From NCBI GenBank assembly GCA_035505275.1, contig DATJQX010000059.1, positions 22,414-86,413 of the forward strand: a stretch of 64,000 bases of DNA. Reading direction: 5' to 3'. The stretch is from Streptosporangiaceae bacterium. Its GTDB lineage: Bacteria > Actinomycetota > Actinomycetes > Streptosporangiales > Streptosporangiaceae. Below the pieces are notes generated by a model. The model saw only the letters and a list, made by a program, of their open reading frames with translations, was not told the origin of the DNA and did not search any database. Each line of letters opens with the position of its first letter. Position 1 is the first letter of the stretch. Shown here piece by piece: positions 36,419 to 47,884 of this stretch. Position numbers and translations under genes: made by a program.

Positions 36419-36790
36419 TTAGGCCGAACGATCGGTGGTGCCACTCCCGGGGACACCGCCGACCTCAGGACCGCGCCGCGCCAGCACCAGGGCTCCGACC
36501 TGGAACCCGAGCAGAACGCACAGCACCGCGGGCGTAATAACGTCCCGCACCCCGGGCACCCAGTCCGCCGCCAGCCCGCTAGCGGCCACGCCCCCCAGCA
36601 CCCCGAACACGACCGCCCCCGCCACCGGCCAGACCACCAGCCCCACAGGCTTGGACGCCCAGTAACAGTGCTCGGCCGAGCCGAAGTGCAAAGGCACCCG
36701 CGCGTTCGAGGCCAACGTGAAACAAGCGCGCCCGGACGCCGCGATCATCGCCAGCAGGAGCACCCCGCCCACCGCCAGCGACGCCGTCAC
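36419..36790 (-). CDS. Hypothetical membrane protein
   Basis: 123 aa with high GC3 and 3-4 hydrophobic helices. No family is recognised. Confidence 0.5.
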   Translation of the reverse strand: MTASLAVGGVLLLAMIAASGRACFTLASNARVPLHFGSAEHCYWASKPVGLVVWPVAGAVVFGVLGGVAASGLAADWVPGVRDVITPAVLCVLLGFQVGALVLARRGPEVGGVPGSGTTDRSA

Positions 36791-37040
36791 GACGTCAGGC
36801 TATCGAAAGCGACGGCAGGTTAGCGGGGACTTAACCGGCCATGGGCATCGGCCGCATTGTGCCCGACGGACTCGATGCCGCATCGCGCGCCGTCATAACT
36901 GGCTGGTAGCAATAACCTGCCCATTGGCAGCCTGCAAGCCGAAATGGAGTGTGCCGGTGCTGCCTTTTCAAGTACGAACTTTCCGCTCATTGAGGCCCGC
37001 CCCCCGATGGTCCATAGTCAGAGAATGAGGTCGACCTCCG

Positions 37041-37913
37041 GTGACGGTGAGCCGCGCCATGCGGGTCATTGAGCTGTCCAACCACCCCGGCGACATGCTG
37101 AACGACGTCGCCCGGCGACGCCGGGCCGCGGACACGAAAGCGCACTCGGCGTACGAGGACGCGCTGATCCAGCATCAAGCCAAGGTCCGGGCCGTGCGGG
37201 TCAAGCGCGACCGGGCGCGTAAGCAGCACCAGTGGTGGACCTGGCTGCGGCTGGCGCTCGCCCTCTTGGCCCAGAAACGCCGAGCGCCCAGTCCGCCGGG
37301 CCCGAGCACCGAGCCCACCGATGCCGAGGAGAAGATCAGGGCCGGGATCGCCGGCGAGCAGCTGGTCGCTACCGAGCTCGGCCGCGCGCTGACCGACGAC
37401 TGGACGCTGCTGCGCGGGTACCGCAACCGGCGCGGCGAGATCGATCACCTTCTCCTGGGCCCGAAGGGGCTGTTCGCCATCGAGGTCAAGAACGTCAACG
37501 CCACCGTGCACGTCGACGGCGGCACCTGGCGGGCCGACAAGTACGACAACTACGGCAACCTCGTGGAGCAGTACCAGATCACCGACCGGAAGGGCCGCTC
37601 GCCGAGCGAGCAGCTCAACGAATCCGCCGACGAGCTGGAACGCTTCCTGCGCGACCGCGGCCAGCCCGTAAGAGCCCAGCGCGTCGTGGTCCTCACCCAC
37701 CGCCGGTCCCGGCTCGCCGCCGCCAGCCGCCCCACGGTCAACGTCGGAACCTCGACCGGCTACCTACTCCACCTCGCCGACGACTCACCCGACCATCTCG
37801 ACGAGAAACAGCGCACCGAGCTCCAGCGCCTCATCCGGCGCGACCACGACTTCCACGAGAGAACTCGCCGTAAGCCCGGTCCGCAGAACCAGCGCACGAA
37901 CCGCGGCCACTGA
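37041..37913 (+). CDS. NERD (nuclease-related) domain protein
   Basis: 290 aa. The core GEQLVATELGRAL...GEIDHLLLGPKGLFAIEVKN is typical of NERD, and an N-terminal hydrophobic helix WWTWLRLALALLA is present. An alternative start is ATG 37059. Confidence 0.7.
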   Translation: MTVSRAMRVIELSNHPGDMLNDVARRRRAADTKAHSAYEDALIQHQAKVRAVRVKRDRARKQHQWWTWLRLALALLAQKRRAPSPPGPSTEPTDAEEKIRAGIAGEQLVATELGRALTDDWTLLRGYRNRRGEIDHLLLGPKGLFAIEVKNVNATVHVDGGTWRADKYDNYGNLVEQYQITDRKGRSPSEQLNESADELERFLRDRGQPVRAQRVVVLTHRRSRLAAASRPTVNVGTSTGYLLHLADDSPDHLDEKQRTELQRLIRRDHDFHERTRRKPGPQNQRTNRGH

Positions 37914-37999
37914 ACGGCGTTCGTCAAAAGCGCAACCCCCACCGCCACGCCTACCGGGCAAACGGGCCAGAATCGGTAGACGAGGGAGGCCCGAACACC

Positions 38000-40900
38000 A
38001 TGACCGAACGCCATGCGCCGTCGAGTTCTCCAGGAGGACGGGGCCGGCTCGCCCAGGTCATCGCGACGCGGGGAGGCCTGGCGCCGCCCGAGGCCCCGTT
38101 CGTGATCGAGCACCGCGAGGCGCTGATCTACATGCTGTGCGAGGCCGCCGAGCTCGAGCACGGCATCATGTGCCAGTACCTGTACGCCGCGTTCTCGCTG
38201 AAGCAGTCCGAAGCCGAGGGCCTGACCGCGACCGAACTAGAAGCCGTCCAACGCTGGCGCAAGCAAATATCGCACGTGGCCACCCAGGAGATGCTGCACT
38301 TGTCCCTGGTCCAGAACCTGCTGTCCGCCATCGGCTGCGCGCCGCACCTGTCCCGGTCGAACTTCCCGCACCCGGCCAGCAACTACCCGGCGGGCGTCCA
38401 CCTGGCGCTGGTCCCGTTCGGCGAGACCGCCCTTCAGCACTTCATGTTCCTTGAGCGCCCGGAGGGCATGGACCTGGACGACGCCCAGGGGATGGCCGCG
38501 TTCGGCCGTGCCCGGCCCGCCATGCAGAAAACCGAGATCGTAGCCCGCGGCCAGGACTTCGCCACCGTCGGGCACCTGTACCGGTCGATCGAGGCCGGGA
38601 TCGCCCACCTGGCCGACAAGTTCGGCGAGCGGTGGCTGTTCGTCGGCCCGCCGCGGGCCCAGGCGACGGAGCAGTATTTCGTCTGGCCCGAACTGGTCGC
38701 GGTGACCGATGTCGCCTCCGCGCAGCAGGCCATCGACGAGATCCTCGAGCAGGGCGAGGGCCCGCGCGGGGACTGGAAGGACGCCCACTTCGGCCAGTTC
38801 GTCGAGATCCTGGACGAGTACACCCAGCTCCGCGACGCCAACCCGGCCTTCGACCCGGTCCGCCCGGTGGTCACGGTCAACGTGCGCCCGGCCGTGCGAG
38901 AGACCGACATCCCGCTGGTCACCGACCCGCTGACCCGTCAGGTCATGGACCTGTTCAACGTCGCCTACGAGATCCTGCTGCTGATGCTGCAGCGCTTCTT
39001 CGTCCACACCGAGGAGACCGACGCGCAGCTCAAGGCGCTGGCCGACGCCACCGTCGCGCTCATGTACCAGGCCATCAAGCCGCTCGGCGACCTGGTGACC
39101 ACGCTCCCGGCGGGCCCGGACTACCCGGGCCGCACGGCCGGCCCCAGCTTCGAGCTGTTCTACGAGACCGATTACGTGCTCCCGCACCGCGAAGCGGCCT
39201 GGATCCTGCTCACCCACCGCATCCGCCAGGCCGCCGACTTCTGCGAGCCCGGGATGCCGTGCGCCCCGCAGGTCGCGGGGGACCTGGACGCGGTCAAGTC
39301 CAGCCTGACCGGGATCGCCGAGGCCCTCGAGGCGCACATGCCGGCCCGCGACGTCCGCCCGGCCGCCCCGGCCCCCGCTCCGCCTGACGTCCTGCCCGCC
39401 CTCCTAGCCCGCGCGGACGATATTTACCGAACGACCAGTGCTTTCACCGGTCACCCCAACGAACTCCTGTCCCACCTAGGCGACGCCGTGCGCTCAACGT
39501 ACCAGGCGGTGCTAGCCCACCAGGACGACTCCCGGGTGGTCGCCCGCCTCGTCGACAGCGTCCTGCGCCCGCTGGGCCAAGCGCTGAACGACGTGTCAGC
39601 CGCCCACCACATCGCTCCCGTCGCTCCCATCCCCGCCGAGCCCGCCCCCGCCCCTACCGCCGATGACCCCCTGTGGGACGCCGCGCACCACGTCACCCGG
39701 CTGCGGGCGCAGTTCGCCAACCACAGCCCGGACGGCCTGCTCGAGGCGGCCGCCGCGCTTCAGCACCTGGCCTGTGACCGGGCCTCGCCGGGAGAGCGGG
39801 CCCGCCGGATCGCCGTGCTGGCGGACCTGCAGAAGTCGCTGCGCCCCGCGATCGTCGTCGCGGAGAACGGCCCCTACCTGGTCACCAACGTCCCGGTGCG
39901 TGACCACCTCGGCGAGCGCCTCACCGTCCCGCCACAGGTGGCGTTCTGCCGGTGCGGCGCCTCGTCGATGAAGCCGTTCTGCGACGGCACCCATGCCACG
40001 AACGGGTTCACCGGCGCCAAGGACCCGGACCGCGTGCCCGACCGCCGCGACACCTACCCGGGCCAGCAGGTGACGATCTTCGACAACCGGGGCATCTGCC
40101 AGCACGCGGGACTGTGCACCGACCGGCTGCCCACGGCGTTCCGCACGGACAAGGAGCCGTTCGTCGCCCCCAGCGGCGCCCGGATGGACGAGCTCGTCCG
40201 GGCCGTCCGCGACTGCCCGTCCGGCGCGCTGAGCCTGGCCTTCGACGGCGAGGAGGCCCGCGGCCTGGCCGACTGGCACGGCCGGCGCGAGCGCGCCATC
40301 GAGATCACCCAGGACGGCCCCTACCGGGTGACCGGCGGCGTCCCGCTGGCCGGCGCGGCAAGCGCCGATCTGCCCCGCGCCGACGTACCCCGCGTCGCGG
40401 GCTCGTCCCGCGAGCACTACGCGCTCTGCCGGTGCGGTCACTCGCAGAACAAGCCGTTCTGCAGCGGCGCCCACTGGTACGCCGGCTTCCGCGACCCGGT
40501 GCGCCCGCCCGGCGCGGAGCCGAGCCTGTTCGACTGGGCCGGCGGGCTGCCCGCCCTGACCCGGATGACCCGCCTGCTGTACGAGAAGCACGTCCCCGCC
40601 GACGACCTGCTGGCCCCGCTGTTCGCCGCGATGCCACCCGACCAGCCACAGCGCGAGGCCGCCGTGCTGGCCGAGGCGTTCGGCGGACCCGCCCGGGACA
40701 GTTCCGCGGACCTGCGCCAGGATTTCACCGAACCGCAGCGGGCCCGCTGGGTCGCCCTGGCCACCCGGGCCGCTGACGAGGCAATGCTGCCTGCCGACCC
40801 CGCGTTCCGCGCGGCCCTGTCGTCTTACCTGGAGTGGAGCTCGCACGCCAATGGCACGACCCCGCTCCCGTGGGACTGGAGCCCGGCAGGCCCGCCCGCC

Positions 40901-41182
40901 GAGGAGCCGGCCCAGGCCAGCACCGACACGACCGAGGAGGTCACGTTGCCAGGACCCGACGAGACGGTGAGCTTCGAGGCCAACGTCAAGCCGCTGTTCC
41001 GCGAGAAGGACAGGCAATCCATGGCCCGCGCGTTCGACCTGTGGTCCCGCGACGACGTCCAGGCGCACGCCGCGGCCATCCTCACCCACCTCAGCAACGG
41101 CACCATGCCCTGCGACGGCGCCTGGCCGCCCGAGAAGGTCGAGGTCTTCCGGCGCTGGACCGAATCCGGCTTCCAGCCCTAG
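38000..41182 (+). CDS. Large multidomain redox-type protein: ferritin-like domain + CDGSH + divergent 4Fe-4S + CDGSH + truncated-globin-like + conserved C-terminal domain
   Basis: 1060 aa behind a GGGAGG RBS. N-terminus: ALIYMLCEAAELEHGIMCQYLYAAFSL...QEMLHLSLVQNLL (ferritin-like). Further domains: CRCGASSMKPFCDGTH and CRCGHSQNKPFCSGAH (CDGSH-type), GICQHAGLCTD...VRDCPSGAL (Cys cluster), then FDWAGGLPALTRMTRLLYEKH...AFGGP (globin-like). Confidence 0.85.
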   Translation: MTERHAPSSSPGGRGRLAQVIATRGGLAPPEAPFVIEHREALIYMLCEAAELEHGIMCQYLYAAFSLKQSEAEGLTATELEAVQRWRKQISHVATQEMLHLSLVQNLLSAIGCAPHLSRSNFPHPASNYPAGVHLALVPFGETALQHFMFLERPEGMDLDDAQGMAAFGRARPAMQKTEIVARGQDFATVGHLYRSIEAGIAHLADKFGERWLFVGPPRAQATEQYFVWPELVAVTDVASAQQAIDEILEQGEGPRGDWKDAHFGQFVEILDEYTQLRDANPAFDPVRPVVTVNVRPAVRETDIPLVTDPLTRQVMDLFNVAYEILLLMLQRFFVHTEETDAQLKALADATVALMYQAIKPLGDLVTTLPAGPDYPGRTAGPSFELFYETDYVLPHREAAWILLTHRIRQAADFCEPGMPCAPQVAGDLDAVKSSLTGIAEALEAHMPARDVRPAAPAPAPPDVLPALLARADDIYRTTSAFTGHPNELLSHLGDAVRSTYQAVLAHQDDSRVVARLVDSVLRPLGQALNDVSAAHHIAPVAPIPAEPAPAPTADDPLWDAAHHVTRLRAQFANHSPDGLLEAAAALQHLACDRASPGERARRIAVLADLQKSLRPAIVVAENGPYLVTNVPVRDHLGERLTVPPQVAFCRCGASSMKPFCDGTHATNGFTGAKDPDRVPDRRDTYPGQQVTIFDNRGICQHAGLCTDRLPTAFRTDKEPFVAPSGARMDELVRAVRDCPSGALSLAFDGEEARGLADWHGRRERAIEITQDGPYRVTGGVPLAGAASADLPRADVPRVAGSSREHYALCRCGHSQNKPFCSGAHWYAGFRDPVRPPGAEPSLFDWAGGLPALTRMTRLLYEKHVPADDLLAPLFAAMPPDQPQREAAVLAEAFGGPARDSSADLRQDFTEPQRARWVALATRAADEAMLPADPAFRAALSSYLEWSSHANGTTPLPWDWSPAGPPAEEPAQASTDTTEEVTLPGPDETVSFEANVKPLFREKDRQSMARAFDLWSRDDVQAHAAAILTHLSNGTMPCDGAWPPEKVEVFRRWTESGFQP

Positions 41183-41190
41183 GCCTTTCC

Positions 41191-41268
41191 TATATGTTCC
41201 CGTAGTACGGCAAACGAACTTTTCGCGGTCTGCTCCGGGAGCAGGTAGGGGCGGGGTCTGGTCGGGTA
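41191..41268 (+). promoter_or_regulatory. Conserved promoter/5' leader of kinase-WD40 paralogue 2
   Basis: tatatgttcccgtagta...cggtctgctccgggagcaggtaggggcggggtctggtcgggtaATG is near-identical to 45432-45503. Confidence 0.4.
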
Positions 41269-43290
41269 ATGGAGGGTCTTCGGCACGGTGATCCGGCCAG
41301 CGTGGGCGGCTACCAGCTGCTGGGCAGGCTGGGAGCCGGCGGGATGGGCCAGGTGTTCCTGGGGATCTCGCCGAGCGGCCGCCGGGTCGCGGTCAAGCTG
41401 ATCCATCCCGTCCACGCCGGGACCGAGCACTTCCGGGAGCGGTTCGCCAGGGAGATCGAGGCCGCCCGGCGAGTCGGGGGGTTTCACACGGCCCCCGTAG
41501 TCGACGCGGACCCGCACGCCGAAACGCCGTGGATGGTCACCGCCTACATCGACGGCCCTTCGCTGGAGGAGGCGGTCGCCCGGCACGGGCCGCTGCCGCC
41601 CGGGCAGGTGCGCGCGCTGGGCGCCGGGCTGGCCGAGGGGCTGGCGGCGATCCACGCGCATGGCCTCGTGCACAGGGACCTGAAGCCCGGCAACGTGATC
41701 ATGGCCGAGGACGGCCCGCGGATCATCGACTTCGGGATCGCCCGGGCGATCGGCGCGACCGCGCTGACCACGGCCGGCTCGGTGGTGGGCACGTTCGCGT
41801 ACATGTCTCCCGAGCAGGTCCGCGGCAATCCGGTCCTGCCGGTCAGCGATGTGTTCTCCCTCGGCTCCGTGCTGGCGTTCGCGGCGACCGGCCGGCCCCC
41901 GTTCGGCAGCGACACCGCCGCCACGGTCATGTTCCGCATCGTCAGCCAGCCGCCCGACCTGGGTGGCCTGGCCGACCAGGACCTCCGCACGCTGATCGAG
42001 GCCTGCCTGGCCAAGTCTCCCGCCGATCGCCCGCAGCTACCGGCGGTCCTGGCCGCACTGACCGGCCGCGGCCCCGTGCCCGCCCCCGTCGTTCCCCGCA
42101 CGACCCCCGTCGCCGGCGGCCGCGACGCCCAGACCCGGACGCACCCGGGCACGAACCCGCCCGCGACCAGCACGCCCGGACCCCCGGTCCACGCCCGGCC
42201 CGCCGGCCGCCGGCCTCGCCGCCGGACCGTCACGCTCATCGCCGCCGTGGCCGTCCTCGCCGTGCTGGGGGCCGTGATTCCCATCCTGCTGACCAGCGGC
42301 AGCCCGGGGACGCCGGCCGGCCACGACCCGGGCACGGGATCCAGCCCGGGCGGCGCCGTCGCGGCGCGGGACTTTACCGTGCAACTCCCGGCCAACGCAG
42401 AAGCCAACGACCTGGCGTTCAGCCCGGACGGCAGGTTCCTGGCCATCGGCGCAGAAAATACCGGGGCTACCTACCTGTGGGATGTCGCCACCGACAAGCA
42501 AGCCGCCATCCTCAAGGTGCGCGGCAGCAGCAGCATCACCAGCGTGGCGTTCAGCCCGGATGGCAAGCTCCTGGCCAGTGCCAACGCGAACGGCCAGGTC
42601 TTCCTGTGGGACGTCCCCACCGGGACGCTGGTCGCCACCCTGACCAGCCCGGGTAGCGGCGAGGCGGACGGGGTGGCGTTCAGCCCGGACGGCACGCTCC
42701 TGGCCATCGGCCAGGGCAACCGTCAGGTCTACGTATGGAGCGTGGCTACCCGCCGGGTTGATCGCACCTTCAGCGCCGCGAGCAACATCAACGGGGTCGC
42801 GTTCAGCCCGGACGGCCAGTTTCTCGCCGGCGCCGGCCTGCCCGCGATCATCTGGAACGTTGCCACCGGCCAGCGATACGCCGCCTTCTACGACCCGCAC
42901 GGCCAGAACGCCGGGAACGTCGCGTTCAGCCCGGACGGCAAGGTGCTCGCCGTGGTCGACGGGAACGAAAGGACCTACCTGTGGGACGTGGCGAGCGGCA
43001 ATGTCATCGCCACGCTTGTCGTCGCGACCCACCCGTTCGTCTTGGCCACCTACAACGAATCGGTGGCGTTCAGCCCCGATGGCAAGCTCCTGGCGACCGG
43101 CGACTCCTACTCCCACGTCTACCTGTGGAACGTCGCCACCGGTAAGGTCGTCGGCTCCATAATCGACCCGAGGCAATCTGGCTTCTGGGGGGTGGCGTTC
43201 AGCCCAGACGGTCGTCTGGTCGCCGCCGCCAACGGGGACGGCACCGTCTGGGTCCGGGTGGTCAGCCAGCTTGTGGGACCTGGTGGGTAA
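41269..43290 (+). CDS. Receptor-type Ser/Thr kinase with WD40 propeller, paralogue 2
   Basis: 673 aa with a Hanks kinase core, a Pro-rich linker, a TM helix (VTLIAAVAVLAVLGAVIPILL) and 7 AFSPDG blades. Confidence 0.9.
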   Translation: MEGLRHGDPASVGGYQLLGRLGAGGMGQVFLGISPSGRRVAVKLIHPVHAGTEHFRERFAREIEAARRVGGFHTAPVVDADPHAETPWMVTAYIDGPSLEEAVARHGPLPPGQVRALGAGLAEGLAAIHAHGLVHRDLKPGNVIMAEDGPRIIDFGIARAIGATALTTAGSVVGTFAYMSPEQVRGNPVLPVSDVFSLGSVLAFAATGRPPFGSDTAATVMFRIVSQPPDLGGLADQDLRTLIEACLAKSPADRPQLPAVLAALTGRGPVPAPVVPRTTPVAGGRDAQTRTHPGTNPPATSTPGPPVHARPAGRRPRRRTVTLIAAVAVLAVLGAVIPILLTSGSPGTPAGHDPGTGSSPGGAVAARDFTVQLPANAEANDLAFSPDGRFLAIGAENTGATYLWDVATDKQAAILKVRGSSSITSVAFSPDGKLLASANANGQVFLWDVPTGTLVATLTSPGSGEADGVAFSPDGTLLAIGQGNRQVYVWSVATRRVDRTFSAASNINGVAFSPDGQFLAGAGLPAIIWNVATGQRYAAFYDPHGQNAGNVAFSPDGKVLAVVDGNERTYLWDVASGNVIATLVVATHPFVLATYNESVAFSPDGKLLATGDSYSHVYLWNVATGKVVGSIIDPRQSGFWGVAFSPDGRLVAAANGDGTVWVRVVSQLVGPGG

Positions 43291-45374
43291 TGGAGGGTCT
43301 TCAGCGCGGTGATCCGGCCAGCGTGGGCGGCTACGTGCTGCTAGGCAGGCTGGGGGCCGGCGGGATGGGCCAGGTGTTCCTGGGGGTCTCCCCTAGCGGC
43401 CGCCGGGTCGCGGTCAAGCTGATCCATCCGGTGCACGCCGGGACCGGGCATTTCCGCGAGCGGTTCGCCAGGGAGGTCGCGGCGGCCAGGCGAGTCGGGG
43501 GCTTTCACACGGCCCCGGTGGTCGACGCCGACCCGCACGCCGCAACGCCGTGGATGGTCACCGCTTACATCGAAGGCCCGTCGCTCCAGCAGGCGATCGG
43601 ATGGCACGGGCCCCTGCCGCCCGGCGGAGTACGCGCGCTGGGCGCCGGCCTTTCCGAGGGGCTGGCCGCGATCCACGCGCACGGCCTGGTCCACCGGGAC
43701 CTGAAGCCCGGCAACGTGATCATGGCCGAGGACGGCCCGCGGATCATCGACTTCGGGATCGCCCGCGCGATCGGCGCGACCGCGCTGACCAGTGCCGGCG
43801 CGGTGGTGGGCACGTTCGCGTACATGTCTCCCGAGCAGGTCCGCGGCGATCCGGTCATGCCGCCGAGCGACGTGTTTTCCCTGGGCTCGGTGCTGGCGTT
43901 CGCCGCGACCGGCCGGCCCCCGTTCGGCACCGACACGGCCGCCACCGTCATGTTCCGCATCGTCAGCCAGCCGCCGGACCTGGCTGGCCTGGCCGACCAG
44001 GACCTCCGCGCGCTGATCGAGGCCTGCCTGGCCAAGTCGCCGGAGGACCGGCCGTCGGTCGCGGCCGTCCTGGCCGCGCTCCTCGGCCGCGCCCCGCTAC
44101 CCCCCGTTACTCCGCGCCCCGCGCCAGCCCCCGACGGCCATGATCCCCTGGCCGGGGCACGCGCGCCGCGGGTGCCGCCCGGGACGAAGCCCGGCCCTGA
44201 CCGCCTCGCCGAACCCGGCACCGCCCCGTCAAGACCGGTCCCGCCCAGTACGGATCCGCCTGGCACGGTCCCGTTCCCGACGCTCCCGCCCGGCTCGGCG
44301 GTGCACGCTCACCCCGCCGGCCGCCGGCCCGGCCGTCGGCCCGGCCGCCGGCTCGGCCGCCGGCCCGCTGCGTTCATCGCGGCCGCGGCCGTCATCGCCG
44401 TGCTCGCCGCCGTCCTTCCCGTCCTGCTGACCAGCGGCCGCCCGGGCCAGGCAGGACCGACCGCGGGCCCCAGCCTGGGCAGCACCATCCCGGAGCGCTA
44501 CCTCCGCATAACGCCCCCGGGCAGCGCTCAGCCTTACACCGTCGCGCTGAGCCCTGACGGCGGGCTCCTGGCCGTCGGCGGCGAGTTCTGGGGGTCCACC
44601 TACCTGTACGACGCCGCCACCGGCAAGCTGGCCGCCACCCTTAAGGTACGCGGCAGCGGCCCCATCACCGACGTCGCGTTCAGCCCGGACGGCAAACTCC
44701 TGGCCAGCACCGACGGCAACCGGATCTTCCTATGGGACGTCCCCGCCGGGAAGCTCGCCGCCACCCTGACCAACGCGGGCGGCAGCGGGCTGGCGTTCAG
44801 CCCGGACGGTCAGTTCCTGGCCACCGGTGATGGCAGGAACGTCGACGTGCGGTACGTGGCCAGCCGCCGGATTACCTTCACCTCCAAAGTCGTCGCGAGC
44901 GGCATCAGCGCGGTGGCGTTCAGCCCGGACGGCAAGCTCCTGGCCGCCGCCGGAGCTCCGGCCTTCCTATGGGATGTCGCCACCGGCCAGCGCGTTGCCG
45001 CCCTCTACGATCCAGGCGGGTATGGCGACGATGACGTCGCGTTCAGCCCGGACGGCAAGCTCCTGGCCGTTGCCGACCACAAGGGCATCACCTACCTATG
45101 GAACGTCGCCACGCACGGCCTCATCGCCACCCTTCCTGACTCCGGGCCGAACTCACAAGAGAACCTGGTGGCGTTCAGCCCTGACGGCAAGCTGCTGGCC
45201 ACGGCCAACGGCGACCTGTGGAACGTCGCGACCAGAAAGCTCGCCGGCAGCATCGCCGGCCCAGGCGGGTGGCACTTCGCGAGCGTGTCGTTCAGCGCCG
45301 ACGGCAGGCTCGTCGCCGCCGCCGACTGGAACGGTCCCGTCTTTGTCCGCGTCGTCAGCCAGCTCGTCTCCTGA
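43290..45374 (+). CDS. Receptor-type Ser/Thr kinase with WD40 propeller, paralogue 3
   Basis: 694 aa. Its ATG overlaps the paralogue 2 stop (TAATG). The kinase domain is about 90% identical to paralogue 2 by eye. It has a TM helix and 7 blades. Confidence 0.9.
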   Translation: MEGLQRGDPASVGGYVLLGRLGAGGMGQVFLGVSPSGRRVAVKLIHPVHAGTGHFRERFAREVAAARRVGGFHTAPVVDADPHAATPWMVTAYIEGPSLQQAIGWHGPLPPGGVRALGAGLSEGLAAIHAHGLVHRDLKPGNVIMAEDGPRIIDFGIARAIGATALTSAGAVVGTFAYMSPEQVRGDPVMPPSDVFSLGSVLAFAATGRPPFGTDTAATVMFRIVSQPPDLAGLADQDLRALIEACLAKSPEDRPSVAAVLAALLGRAPLPPVTPRPAPAPDGHDPLAGARAPRVPPGTKPGPDRLAEPGTAPSRPVPPSTDPPGTVPFPTLPPGSAVHAHPAGRRPGRRPGRRLGRRPAAFIAAAAVIAVLAAVLPVLLTSGRPGQAGPTAGPSLGSTIPERYLRITPPGSAQPYTVALSPDGGLLAVGGEFWGSTYLYDAATGKLAATLKVRGSGPITDVAFSPDGKLLASTDGNRIFLWDVPAGKLAATLTNAGGSGLAFSPDGQFLATGDGRNVDVRYVASRRITFTSKVVASGISAVAFSPDGKLLAAAGAPAFLWDVATGQRVAALYDPGGYGDDDVAFSPDGKLLAVADHKGITYLWNVATHGLIATLPDSGPNSQENLVAFSPDGKLLATANGDLWNVATRKLAGSIAGPGGWHFASVSFSADGRLVAAADWNGPVFVRVVSQLVS

Positions 45375-45431
45375 CGGCCGAGCCACCACCCTATTTCCGG
45401 CTGAAGCCGGGGTCCGGGTCGCCGTTGGCGG

Positions 45432-45503
45432 TATGTTCCTGTGTTAATGCAGCCGTTTCTTACGGTCTGCTCCGGGAGCGGATGGGGCGGGTCTGGTCGG
45501 GTC
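45432..45503 (+). promoter_or_regulatory. Conserved promoter/5' leader of kinase-WD40 paralogue 4
   Basis: tatgttcctgtgtta...cggtctgctccgggagcggatggggcgggtctggtcgggtcATG. Confidence 0.4.
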
Positions 45504-47588
<2,085 letters not shown>

Positions 47589-47884
47589 CCGCCTGGCGGC
47601 CGGCAACCGCGGCCGCGGCGGGCACGTCCTCGGCTGGCACCGCATCCGGAGCCTGCTCCCCGCCAGCAGCCGCCGAACGCCCGGCCGGACCCGGATCCTT
47701 CCAAACGCCGCCGCCCGCGGTGGGCACCGGGGAATTCGCCGGGCCGCGCGTCCGATCCCGTGCGAATCGTCGGCAGGCTGTTCGCGGGCGCCTGGCCGAA
47801 CTACTGCGGTTACATCGACTGGCGAGATCAGTTCGCCTGGTACAGCTGATCACACCGACCGGACTGCCCGCCGTATGGACACGT

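Noticed and set aside
47757-47849. Short coding-looking tail ...VRIVGRLFAGAWPNYCGYIDWRDQFAWYS*
   Set aside because: Only ~30 codons look protein-like and the upstream part of the frame is Pro/Arg junk without a start. It may be a remnant, but this cannot be supported.
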